A stretch of 64,000 nt of DNA. Origin: Fimicolochytrium jonesii. Lineage: Eukaryota. The stretch covers positions 248,001 through 312,000 of the forward strand of contig NW_026515686.1 in NCBI RefSeq assembly GCF_025526975.1, read 5' to 3'. Below are positions 11,115 through 22,818 of this stretch, in pieces. Numbering within the stretch: position 1 is the first letter of the stretch; every line of letters starts with the position of its first letter. The notes beneath the pieces were generated by a model. It did not search any database, was not told the origin of the DNA, and saw only the letters and a list, made by a program, of their open reading frames with translations. The translations under genes and the position numbers were made by a program.

Positions 11115-12046
11115 AATCGATCAAGCTCCTCCAAACCTTGACAATGCACCCTATGGGCAATGGGCGCGCCGAGAAGTTCGTTCAGGATATCACAAGAATC
11201 TTATCCCATATAGTCCTTCAATGTAACCTAGAAGCCAAAATCAACCCTCCTGATTTAACAATCTGGCCCAAATGCCTCGACACCGCTTTGTACACGTACC
11301 TCAATCACGTCGCTAGGACCACCGGCATCTCCCAATACAACGTTGTCTTCGGCCAACACTGCCACATTCTTGGCCAGTCAACCACCGGCATACTCGACCC
11401 TGAAGCATTGAACACCTTACTCACCGCTGACTACCGGGCCGACCGTGACATCCTCCGCGCGTGTGCTTTGGAAAACGCCAACAACAACCGCCTCACCGAA
11501 ACCGCCGCCATCAATGCTAAGCGCAAGCCTCCTGGCAAATACGCCGTCGGCGCTTGGGTGTATATTCACCGCAGCAAACTCGATACAACCTACGTTTCGT
11601 CACGCAAGCTCGTTAACCGCTGGACAGGTCCTTATCAAGTTTCTAAGGCATACCCCGGTGGCGCGTACCTCTTACTCGACGAGCACGGATGTCCCGCCTT
11701 CAATTCGCGACCGGTCAACCACCTTCGCATGGTTCCTGCCAGGGTCCGCCCGGCTTGGCATGTTCCCGCGTTCAATGCGCCATACAACACCCCTCTCCAC
11801 GATAATCAAGAGGATCCACCCCCTCCCAACGCCAGGCCAGAAGAGATCGACAATGACTCTCTCTCGGACGTCCCCGAACTCGTTCCGGACAACCTTCAAG
11901 TTTCTCTCGCCGTCCTTTCCGAGGCGCTTCCCTCCGACGACATCTCCTCGTATCCCAGTGAACGCCCCGTCGATCACCGACCCACCCTCGACGACCGTCC
12001 ACTACGCGCATGTGTCACGCAGTGCCCCGTTCGCCCCAGATGTTGA
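11115..12046 (+). mobile_element. Ty3/gypsy integrase C-terminal fragment
   Basis: HPMGNGRAEKF, WPKCLDTALYTY..TTGIS, YAVGAWVY, KLVNRWTGPYQV; purine-rich tract at ~12067-12083. Confidence 0.85.
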
Positions 12047-13260
12047 CTTTCTCCTTCTTTTCCGCAGAGAGATTGGGAGGGGATCAAAACAGCGCTGCAA
12101 AGCCTAGTCGCGGAGTGTGCAGACCGTGTCAATCGGTCTCCAGCACGCAAGAACCCCCCGAGTGATCTACTTCTGTCTCGGGAGAACTTCCCTGGACATG
12201 GATAGTAAAGTGGATCCCATGACCGCTCGTTCCGCTGATGTTCACTGGCTCATTAATACAGTCTACCCCGTGTCCGACATGCTACACCCGGCACTGCAAG
12301 GACGGAGGGCTCGTAGAGACAAGAGTTCACCGCATGATTATCTCTGTTCCGCTGGGCTTATATGATCGGCTTCCAAGAACACCATCATGCACAGCCGACC
12401 TTTCTTACCCTTGTGCATCATGCAGCAATCGCTGCTCGTCATTCTAAACCATCGTAGGGGCTCGCGCTGGTAGTCAGGGAGGTCGAGTGAATCAGCTGCT
12501 CCCCGGTCTTCCGGTGGGAGTATCTGGAAGTGTGCAGTTCGGATCTCACGAGAGGACGGCACTGTTTCCGCCGCCGAGCCGCCGAAAACCGGGAAGACGG
12601 CCCTCCCCTCTGCACTACGTCAGCGATGCCCCGTCCTGGCGTAGGGAGACGCGGAATTCCCAACGGCTGGCCCCTGTGACGTTGTCGCGAACATCCCATC
12701 CGGGACCAGCGCTCGGGACATTTCCCGTGTTCTGGGGTCTGTCCCGTGCGTTGAGCAGAGAGCCACACCGTTCCGGCGCTGGAAACAGAAGCTGTGTGGG
12801 GTCGTTCCAACGCCAGCGGACTGAGCGGACGCAGGGGAGAGGCAACTTCGGCTGATGCCCTCGTGCAAAGGTGAACTTCATGGGATGTGTGAAGCTTATG
12901 TAATCGCCATTACATCGAGACTGATTGTGGATGAGCGAAGTCGTGACTGACTGATTGCGTCCATATTGATGACGGCCTGGGCTGACTGGCCTTGCGCCAA
13001 GGGGTGTTCCGTGAAACTTGCAACACAGCGACGCTCATTTCGTTCCTGCAACACCAGCGAATCAACACACCGTCCTCGTGTTTCAGCCAGAGACCAACAA
13101 CCTTAGGCAGACTTTCGACTTGCAACAATCAGAGAGAGCTGGGAGTTATATCGTTGAAAGGTGGTTTGTCCTATCCTTGGTTCCTGACAGGCTTGAGGCG
13201 CAACTGACACGTACCGAGCACAGATCGGGAGCCGGAGAATCTACGAACGGAAAAGCCACG

Positions 13261-14125
13261 ATGTCGAACGTAAATAATGCCGCCCAAAGCACGGCAGCCG
13301 CTGGGGATGCTGCCAATCTCAAGCCTATTCAGGTCAAGCTTGTGCTACTAGGCGAAGCCGCCGTGGGAAAGTCATCCCTGGTACTCCGCTTTGTCAACAA
13401 CGACTTTCAGGAAAACAAGGAACCTACAATCGGGGCAGCTTTTCTGACCCAAAGGTGCAAACTGGATGACAAAATCATCAAATTTGAGATTTGGGATACT
13501 GCCGGTCAGGAGCGTTTCCACTCTCTGGCCCCTATGTACTACCGGAACGCACAGGCTGCCGTGGTTGTCTATGACCTTACAAAACCGGTAAGGCTTATTA
13601 AAAGCCTTGTTTGCACTTATCTATTCGACAGCATATGTCGCCGAGGAACCTTTTGTACTGATCAACTTTCCACTCCACCACGACGCCAGGCTTCTCTCGA
13701 CAAAGCGAAATCCTGGGTAAAGGAACTGCAGCGCCAAGCGAACCCCAATATTGTCATTGCGTTGGTCGGAAACAAGCTTGACTTGGCCGCCACTGCGCGG
13801 GGAATCCCCACCGAAGAAGCCAGTGCATATGCCACGGAAGCTGGCCTTCTCTTCGCCGAGGCCTCTGCGAAGACGGGAGACAATGTGATCGACGTTTTCA
13901 CTGACATTGGTACGAACCGTTTCGCAAATTTGCTTTTATTGCTCGCCATGCCGCTAAACGCAAGTGCATCCTCCAGCCAAGAAGATTCCATTGGAGCAAT
14001 TGCTCGCGTCTCGAGGTCGCACGGGAGCTGCCGGAGCAAGCGGTGCCGGGACAACTGCTGGCAGGGTGGATCTGAACGCGGGAGCAGCTGGACGAAATCA
14101 GCCGCAAGGCCCTTGCGCCTGTTAA
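13261..14125 (+). CDS. VPS21: Rab5/Vps21(Ypt51)-family small GTPase, 3 exons
   Basis: [49 protein letters not shown]; spliced C-terminus ends in the CAC prenylation motif. Confidence 0.95.
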
Positions 14126-14626
14126 GCGATGACTTTTATACACCAAACGTATCTTGCGCTTTGCAACATAGTGGCCGGGAACGCGAGGTGCTGTGCAGTA
14201 GAAGCTTCGACGGGCAAGCGCTCTCTCTTGGTCAACCACCGATAGGACGGCCGTACCTAGTCCACCAGTTGGAATCTCTTACCCCCCTTTGCGTCATCAT
14301 ATAGTACTCAGTTTCGTTTGAGATTTTTCGTTGAATTTCGTTCGTGGGCTCATGAATGTCCCGAGTAGTTTGCTCGAGGGTTCATGAATGTTCAGTAGTT
14401 TGCCTAAACCTAGTGGCGAATGCTATCTACAGATGCGGTCTTGGCCGATGCACATATACCTAAACTCGGATCTGTGGGATATCCGAAGGGATCACTGTTT
14501 TGTTTCTTCCTTCAGCTGTCGCCCCAGCTTCCAAGCCATGGCATTCCGGCGAAGCCTATTTACACATGCAGTCTTTGCTGATGCCCTTGTATCTAATTCG
14601 GGTTGCCGTAATCTCCAACGGGATCA

Positions 14627-15519
14627 CTATTTTGGCTCTTCCTTCAACTGTTGCCCCAGTTTCCGAGCCATAGCGTTCCTCAAATTCTTCTGGGCCACAG
14701 TTGTGCCATTCTCAACCGCGATTTTGTAATGCTCAATCGCTTTGTCCAAATTTCCCATCGAATCGAGCACAACTGCAAAGTTGTAGTGAATCTGTCCGTC
14801 CTTTGGCTCCAGGTTGAGAGCATTCTCGTAATGCGCCAAAGCCTCATCATGGCGTTTCAAAATCAGGGCATATACGTTCGCCAAATTGACGTGGGCATCT
14901 GCCCGCCCTGGGGATAACTCGAGGGACTTCTTCCAGGCATCCACCGCTGATTGATGCTTTCCTAGAGTATATCCAGGAGACAATCAGGCTCTCGTCTGAA
15001 TCCAATCAGTTCACGTGGCACATACCTAATTGCAGGTAGCAGTTTGCAATATTGTAGTAGGCGTCTCCTGTTGTACAAACTTTATCAAGCTTTGTCGATT
15101 GAGATATTCGGGCGGTCAAACCTACCGGTGGCGGCGGTCCATATTGACTGTTGGTAGCATTCAAGAGCGCCCTGGACATCCTGACCCGAGACGTTAGACA
15201 AGGAACACCACGAAATATCAGCCGGGTTTGGTACTCACGTCTGTGTTCCATTTTTGCAAACCTTGGTCAAACAGTTGTTGTGCTTTCGCCGAAGGGTCAT
15301 TTCCAGAAAACGAAGCCCTGCAAAGACTCTGCGTCCGTAACGCTGCAGGTGGAGACTTTTAGCGGAAGTCTGGAGGAAAACGCCAGACCGAGGTGGTTTC
15401 ATACCGCGCGAAGCCTGAATTGAGGTGGACTGCCGCACTCCGGACGCTCTCCCGAGAGACCGTGCCGTAAAGGCAGTCAGGGACACTATCAGCCTGCTTT
15501 TGAGGAGGAAAGAAGTCAT
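14627..15519 (-). CDS. TPR-repeat protein with probable mitochondrial presequence, multi-exon
   Basis: DAYYNIANCYLQLG, DAHVNLANVY, QIHYNFAVVLDSMG TPR motifs; Arg/Ser-rich N-terminus lacking acidic residues. Start is approximate. Confidence 0.8.
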
Positions 15520-15641
15520 GTTGGCGACTGGCAAGCAGCTTTTCTGGGAATTCAACTTGGTGCCCGAAACAAGAAAGGGAAGGACGCGTTCGCCTCAGGT
15601 TCACCTCATCATACGTCTCTCATATCGAGTCACCAACAAAG

Positions 15642-18600
15642 ATGAGGGGACAAAGTGGAGCAGAGCTGCGTGCATTTCAAGAATGCCTCTTCAGGAGCGA
15701 AGCTCGGGGAGCAGGCCGCGCCCCGCTATGTGAAGAAGGTACTTCCCAAGGTTGAGCAGAGTGGCTTCGTGTGAACTGAGCTAACATTAGTTGTCATTCA
15801 ACAGATCACTTGAGACAGGGTTTGCTGTTGCTGAGCATACATCGGGACGTGTGGGACACAAGGGCATGTTCCACGGCGCAAAATCGGCTGCACGCAGCAA
15901 GCCATCGGAATAACGTTTCGCGCCTCGAGGAGCAGGTTTGGCCGCGATGAATACAACGAGATACACCTTCCGACTACCGACGATCCGCTGTGCTGTAATG
16001 TACCAGGTCTCAAGCCGCTATGGGAAGATTATATCCTCTCAGCTGAAAGGCCGGCAAGTTCATGGCGTCGCGTCGACGGTGGAAAATCTTTTGAAGGACT
16101 CGGCTGAAAGATGTGACCTGGAAACTCGTATGGGCGGTTGGCAGTCGCGAATCCAGCCAGCGTTCATAAGGGAGCAGGTGAGGCTGAATAATGACCTGTG
16201 CCAGGCGCCATGGCTTGATCTGCTTGTCCAGTTGGCTGACAACACTTATAGGTTGTCCCTCAAAGCGACGGCAAAGAAAAGGGCACGGGCCTCAGAGGAC
16301 TGGGCATATTGGAGAATATTTGCAAAAAGCCAACCACGACGATCCCGACATGCAACGTTCCGAACAAAGATGTCGTCCGTCCGGAAAGGAGATTTATCAC
16401 GCCCAAAGGACAAGTGGGGACTTACGATCCGACCCGCTTCCGTAACTCATGGACGCAAACAGACCCAGTCCCGCAGGAGCCGTCGGCTCCTTCGACATCA
16501 GCAGGTGGACTCACTGTGTGTACCGAGTGCACGAAGCGGAAAGATGGAAAGGAAATTGAGCAAAAGAACATGCGAAAGACAAGAGATTTCAATCAGGAAG
16601 AGAGGGATCTACAGTCGAAGTTCGGCAAATTCACAGGTTTGAACCGTGCAGACGGGCCGGAACTGGGTACCAGGGCATCGAAACCCTCTAGAACGCGGGT
16701 ACTGGACTCCGAAGACGAGAGCTCTACCCGGCAGGTAAGCACAGCCTTTTTGATCGTCGTTATAACTCCCCGCTAACGCTCCAGGGCTCACTCAAGGGGC
16801 AGACCCGACTGGGCGCAAAACGTCGAAGAGACCTGAATGGTGAAAATGAACTCGAAGGGCATAAGAGAGCCTCGAAACGGAACGCTTTTATAACAGGCAA
16901 CGAAGCACTGGTAGGCTTCGATAGCCGCCCTCACAGAAAACTGATAACGGTCGCTAACATCGTTGGGCACTGCAGAGTGTGTTGGGACCCTCAACATCCA
17001 ACCTAGCAGATGCTGAGCATTCGGAAGAGTCGGACGGTCAGATGCAGCTTAGCAAAACCTCTTCCCGACGATTCGTCTCACCGTTAATTGACAAAGCCGA
17101 GAAAGGGTAAGGAACGAGCCGTGTGCACGACTGATACATTTCCTCACATTTGTTGCATAGCGGAAAAGCACGGAAAGGGAAGAAGGCGGAAAAGCAGGTT
17201 GATGGGCCTTTGAAAAACATAGAAGCGCATATGATCGACCTAATCAAGAATGAGATGCTCGGCGATGTTTCCAACGTCACGTGGTATGCGGCAGTTGACC
17301 TTCTGCCACGAATAGTCTTCCCGCTTCTCACCTACACGCCAGGGAGGACATTGCTGGCCTTCAGCTGGCGAAGGCGACCATCAAGGAGGCAGTAGTCTTT
17401 CCGATGATGCGCCCCGACATATTCAAAGGCCTCAGGGCTCCTGCGAAAGGTGTGCATCGGCTTATGCTGTGCCGCACATAAACTAACCTCCCGTGCGATC
17501 AGGTGTACTTTTGTTTGGGCCTCCCGGTACGTGATCAGGAGTCCGGCACGAACGTGGAGGTCGAGCCTTTTCCAACGTGTCTTCCTCATGTTTAGGAACT
17601 GGTACGAACAGCTGCGGACAAGGGTAACCTTCCGCCATATCCCTGACAAGCTCTCTAACGCCCAAAAACAGGGAAAACGCTCATTGGGAAATGCATCGCT
17701 AGTCAGTGCAATGCTTCATTCTTCAGCATCAGCGCATCATCTCTAACGTCCAAATGGGTAAGTAGTCGATTTGTGGACGACAATGTTGAGGTAGTCACGA
17801 TCCCAAGTGATCCTTAACCTCAGTGTATCTTCTTTGCAGATTGGGTACGCTTATTCCATTGGAGTTCACGCATGTCTCATCCCACTAACGTTTCCAGACA
17901 GAGATGGGGAAAAGATGGTTCGAACCCTTTTCGCCGTGGCTAGAGAGCAACAACCTAGCGTGATATTCGTGGACGAGATTGATTCGCTGCTCTCGCAGAG
18001 GACTGATGGAGAGCATGACGCCAGTAGACGCATCAAGACGGAGTTCCTGGTGAGTTCTTGGAGTGGTGCAGCTCATACGACTTACGTTGCTGATGGCAGC
18101 GCTTGCACGACGCATAAACAGGTGCAATTTGACGGTTGTGGCACCCGCAATGAGGATCGCGTGCTTCTCCTAGGTATGTGTCCATAAAAGGTGTGCCTTC
18201 ATCATGGACACATGAATCTGATGTTTATCCCACTCAGGTGCGACCAACAGGTTAGGCTTCAAAGTGCTGACGCTCCTAATGCCAGTCGCCCTCTTGCTGA
18301 TAACCTTCGCGAAGGCCACATGAGATTGACGAGGCAGCGAGACGCCGATTCAGAAAGAAGTTGTATATCCCTTTACCGGAAGGAGAAGCGCGGAAGAAGA
18401 TTGTCTTGAACGGACTGTCCACCCTGTCTCACAATCTGTCTGCGGAGGATGTAGAGATTGTGGTACAGCGTACAGAAGGTATGCTGAAGTGCGGGCATTC
18501 CTGTATGGCTTTCGAAATATCTTGACACGGCTGGATTAGGGTACAGTGGCTCGGATATGGACGGTCTCATCAGAGAAGCTTCTTTGGGTGAGCCAGCGGT

Positions 18601-18893
18601 TCCGTATTCCTCAGGCCCATGTAAGCTCCAGTTCGTTCACTTATACGATTCCGGAGAGTAGGCCCTATCAGATGCATTGAGAACATCGTAGAGTTTGATG
18701 GTGAGTGGGCGACCCGGGATAGTCCTCGACGGATTGCTGTTTACACTCCCACACAGCGTCGCACATTCGGCCCGTCACCGTAGACGACTTCACCGACGCA
18801 CTTAGCCAAGTCCGCGCAAGCGTTTCTTCAACCGAGTTGGAACTCTACGTCAAATTCGACAAAGCGTTCGGTAGTATTGCGCGGGCTCCTTAG
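15642..18893 (+). CDS. FIGNL1: Fidgetin-like 1 AAA ATPase, many introns including microexons
   Basis: Spliced [90 protein letters not shown]-terminal exons are uncertain. Confidence 0.9.
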
Positions 18894-19245
18894 ATACGGC
18901 GTACCTTAAGATTTTGTCAGATGTCTCTCTAAATACAGTATGTACCTATTGAAAATCCCGCAAAGTGACGCGTGTTTGAAGAACAGGAGAACACGCTAGA
19001 CAAGCGGTGCTTAATGAGTGGCGCAGTCCTAGTCATCGAAGGAAGAGAAGCACAGCTGGCACGACGATTATTGAAGCGATGCCCTGCTTGCCCCTTGCGC
19101 TCAGTTACCACCAGCATAGTATATAAAGATCCCACGCTCTCGCCTGTTCCCCACGCTTCTCTCAACACTCTCAGCAATCTTCCTTCCACTTCCCAGTCGG
19201 CTATAACCTGCGTACGGCCAGCCCTTTAGCTCATCCATCGCCACC

Positions 19246-19859
19246 ATGCCTAAGGAAGTCAAGTCCAAGGATCAGAAAGTCTCCCGGAAGACCAAGGCAA
19301 AGAAGGACCCCAATGCTCCCAAGAAGCCTCTTTCCGCCTTCATGATCTTCTCCCAAGAGAACAGGCCACGGATAAAGGAAGAGAACCCTGATGCGACATT
19401 CGGTAAGTCTGCTTGTACACTCTGCGGTCCCCACCCACGAATTACGCGCCTACTGTGTGTCCCGGACATCCCCTCAGATGACGCGCGACCCGACTTCTAC
19501 ATGCACCGGACTGAGCTAACTCTCGCGTACTTCCTGTCTTTCAGGTGATCTTGGCAAACTTTTGGGTGCTGCGTGGAAAGAAATCAACCCCAAGGACAAG
19601 GCGGTACGCAATCTCAAAGTTGCTGCGCCTTAACTTCGTTTCAACTTTGCGATTCCAGCGAGCCTCTTCTAACTCGGCTCATCCTGGTCCTTTCTTACAG
19701 CTCTACGAGAAGAAGCAGGAGAAAGCCAAGCAACAATACGAGGTTGCCATTGCCGAATACAACAACGTTAGTTTTCTATTTATTGATATGAAGTCACATT
19801 GTCCGATCGTTCTGACTTTGCGGCATTGTTTCCTCAGGGCGGCAAGAGCGGTGGTGTAG
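19246..19859 (+). CDS. NHP6: NHP6-like HMG-box protein, 4 exons
   Basis: [50 protein letters not shown] at ~19120. Confidence 0.93.
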
Positions 19860-20611
19860 GAAGCGACTCGGAGTAGCGACATCGGAGGCCCCAACGTACG
19901 GACTGGACTACAAATGGTTGCTCATAGTGTATCCGAGGGTCCCTCGTGTGTTATCGTACACGGCAAGGAGGGCCGGAACGCCGGAATCGTAGGATTTGGA
20001 CGATTTCTGAGGTTTTATTACTATTTCGGATTTTTTGTATAAATACATACACCTGTCAACTGAAATGAGAGCTCGGTCGATCAATTTTACATTTACCTAC
20101 ACTGTCATCTGCTGAACCACCGAGTCGGAAACGGTCAGGGCTAGACACATAGATCAACGGACGGAGGGGCCTTCACCCTTCGAAGGTACGTTGACTTGTT
20201 TAGCGCCATGCGTGACCACACCGTTCTGCTTCAAACCAAGATCAAAGCAAAGGTGGCATTGCAGGTGGGATTGCTTCAACAAGGTCAACACCTATACCTT
20301 GTCGTCGGCGGAAGACGCAGGTCGACGCAGGGGAGAATTCGTCTGGCGTTGGGAACACATGTAAAAGCAAGCTCTGCAAAGCCTATGGTTTTGCAGGGAT
20401 GTCATCTTCACACATCAGCAGATACCTATCCCAGCCGTTCCGCTTGGGACGACCTACAATGCAGCACGCTTCTTTTTACAATCGGATCCACGTATAACTG
20501 TAATGACTTTGCAGCAACGCCTTAACTAAATGCCAGGCTAAAATGGTGCCTAGAAGTGATTTCCGGACATTGCTGCAACAACAAAAACCGGCAACTGAGT
20601 CCCGTTGCAGC

Positions 20612-20955
20612 TCACAACCCCCTAGGCCCCGTCTTCCCCTCCATAACAGCATTATACGACTCAATCCCCGACGAGTCATTCTCATGTCTCGCCGGGCCGG
20701 TCGGGTACTCCGACATCAGCTCGCCCGCGGCACCGCCTGCGCGGAGTTCTTCCATAGTGAGTGCGTTGCCGGACGCTTCGCGTCGGATGGATTCTTGATG
20801 CTGCTGTTCGTGGGCGGCGATGGATTCGTGGGACGAGCCGAGAGAGCCCGCTTGGGCGAGAGGGTTGTGGCTGAACATAGGAAAAGAGGGTGGTGTAAGA
20901 TTTCTTGGGCTTCGTTTTCGTTGATGAAAAACCGGCAGTTTACTCACTCAGTCAT
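20612..20955 (-). CDS. Small hydrophilic hypothetical protein (2 exons)
   Basis: ATG ACT GA|gtgagt...cag|C CAC gives MTDHNPLAQAGS..., in frame with the ORF ending at 20612. No family recognised. Confidence 0.45.
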
Positions 20956-21870
20956 GGTTGATGCTCCGAATGCTGCTTTGGGTAATGAAAAGTGCTGCGG
21001 TTCTTGAAGTTTGGCGCTTTGATGTGCGGTTAGAGAAACGAGCTAGGAGAATGTCTGGATGTAAACAGAAATGGTGAAGCAGGGACGGACACTTGACTCT
21101 CTTAAATCCTTTTACGCGTGACATCAGCGCGTTTGGCAAATGGAAGATTTCAGAAGCTTGGGCGGAGGGATACCGGCAACGAAACTATGGGTTGGAACGA
21201 CAAGGGATTGCATCGAACAATTGAAAAGTCAGACAGCCAACCGTGGCGATATCCTTGTCAATAGGGGTGAGCGAGTGGAAAAGGGTTGAAAGTCATCGCG
21301 GTCTCTCGTTGGCACTCCTTTTGCGATAAGATTGGTCCGTTAACAATCCACGCACATGTTCGCAGACTCCGTAAACAGTTCCGAGTTGGACTAAACTTGG
21401 GATCCCACATGCGCGGTGAATCCATGGGGCCGAAGCCCGGGCACAACTGTACACGCAAGACATACACCACAAACGCGGCCCTCCATGCCATTCAATGCAA
21501 AGGAACCCACAAGGTCGCTCTCCCTTCACACCAGAAACCATACGCATCTCTATTGTACCAGAAGAAAGTTGGGACGTATAAAGCGTGATATAAATTGAAA
21601 CCACACCGTACAAGTTGAGCTTCACCTCAAGTGAAGAAAGGAAAAGAGTAAAGGAACACACGCGATATCGATGAAACAATTGTAGCTATGATATCTCGGA
21701 CGCTAGACAGAAACGTAGTCGGTGACTACGGAAGTTGAGATTGCATCTGATGAAGCGAAGGAGCACGATGAGGGGCTGATCAGTCAATGACAAAAGCTTT
21801 GACAAAAACACGGGAAGAATCGGGGCATACCTGGGGCGACACTGGGTAACGGATGTCTGTTCTGCAACTT

Positions 21871-22818
21871 TTAATGGGCGAGCTGAGCCTTCTGGGATGG
21901 GAAGGTAGCCTTGATCTCGTTCAAAGCCTCGGTAGCGTTCGTCATGTACCGCTTGTCCGCTGCGTCAAGGGTGGACACCAAGCTCTGGTATGTTCCCACG
22001 GTTGTACCAACAACCCTTTCCTTCGTGGTCTGGACGGTGTTCAAAGTGCGTTCCTTTGTGGCAAAGGCGGTGTTCCATCCCCATTCGAGAAGTCCAGCGA
22101 GCGAAGCCGGGAGCACAGTCTTAGCCGTCTGCAGAGGCGTAGCGGCAGCTGCTGAAACTGCTTCGTATGTGTTTTCAGCACGGTCGACAACGCTTACGGG
22201 AAGAATACGCTTGGCAACGTTGTGCCCAGTCACAGCAGTGTAAGTGACCACAGACTTTGTGGTACCGACGGCTTTGTTGGTGACGGAGCCGGCGGTTCCG
22301 AGAGCGAAGCCAGTGACGGCAGAGGTTGCGTTAACACCGGCACCGACGACAGATGCAGCAGTGTGGACGTAGAGCTTGGTGGCCTTGACTGCTCCACCGG
22401 CGGTCAAAGACGCCGCACCTCGGGTGGCGGCCAGACCAGCGTGGACTGTGGCCCGAGTAACACCGACGGCGGTTCCAACGGCGTAAGCTGCAGTGTGGGT
22501 GGCCGAGGTTGCCGTTGACGTGGCAGCCGCACGAGCCTTTCCGACGAAGGACTCTGCCTGAGCTTGAGTAGACGCCACGTATGGGGCAGCGGTTGTAGAG
22601 GCGTTGTGAACTGCGGTTTCCGCAGCGGCGGCTACTCCCGCTGTCAAGTCCTTGGACTTGCTCGTAAAGTCAGCGACGTAAGGTTTGGCGCCGTTGACCT
22701 GCTCTGAGACAATTCGCGATGCCCGTTGCGAGGCTTCTTTCGTTTTGTTCACCAGATCACCGTTGAGGAGGGTGGTAGGGGCCGCCGTCTGAGATTGAAT
22801 AGGGGCGTGAGTAGCCAT
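21871..22818 (-). CDS. Ala/Thr/Val-rich protein with 11-mer amphipathic repeats, perilipin/lipid-droplet-like
   Basis: Long ORF; repeats TAASVVGAGVN/ATSAVTGFALG/TAGSVTNKAVG/TTKSVVTYTAV; TATAAG upstream. Confidence 0.75.
   Translation of the reverse strand: MATHAPIQSQTAAPTTLLNGDLVNKTKEASQRASRIVSEQVNGAKPYVADFTSKSKDLTAGVAAAAETAVHNASTTAAPYVASTQAQAESFVGKARAAATSTATSATHTAAYAVGTAVGVTRATVHAGLAATRGAASLTAGGAVKATKLYVHTAASVVGAGVNATSAVTGFALGTAGSVTNKAVGTTKSVVTYTAVTGHNVAKRILPVSVVDRAENTYEAVSAAAATPLQTAKTVLPASLAGLLEWGWNTAFATKERTLNTVQTTKERVVGTTVGTYQSLVSTLDAADKRYMTNATEALNEIKATFPSQKAQLAH

Noticed and set aside
12100..13200. ORFs between the TE cluster and the Rab gene
   Set aside because: No family recognised; could be decayed sequence but cannot be supported.
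13018..14304. 428-aa Rab ORF as one exon
   Set aside because: It reads through two introns and an upstream extension. The spliced model gives a normal Rab5 ending in CAC.
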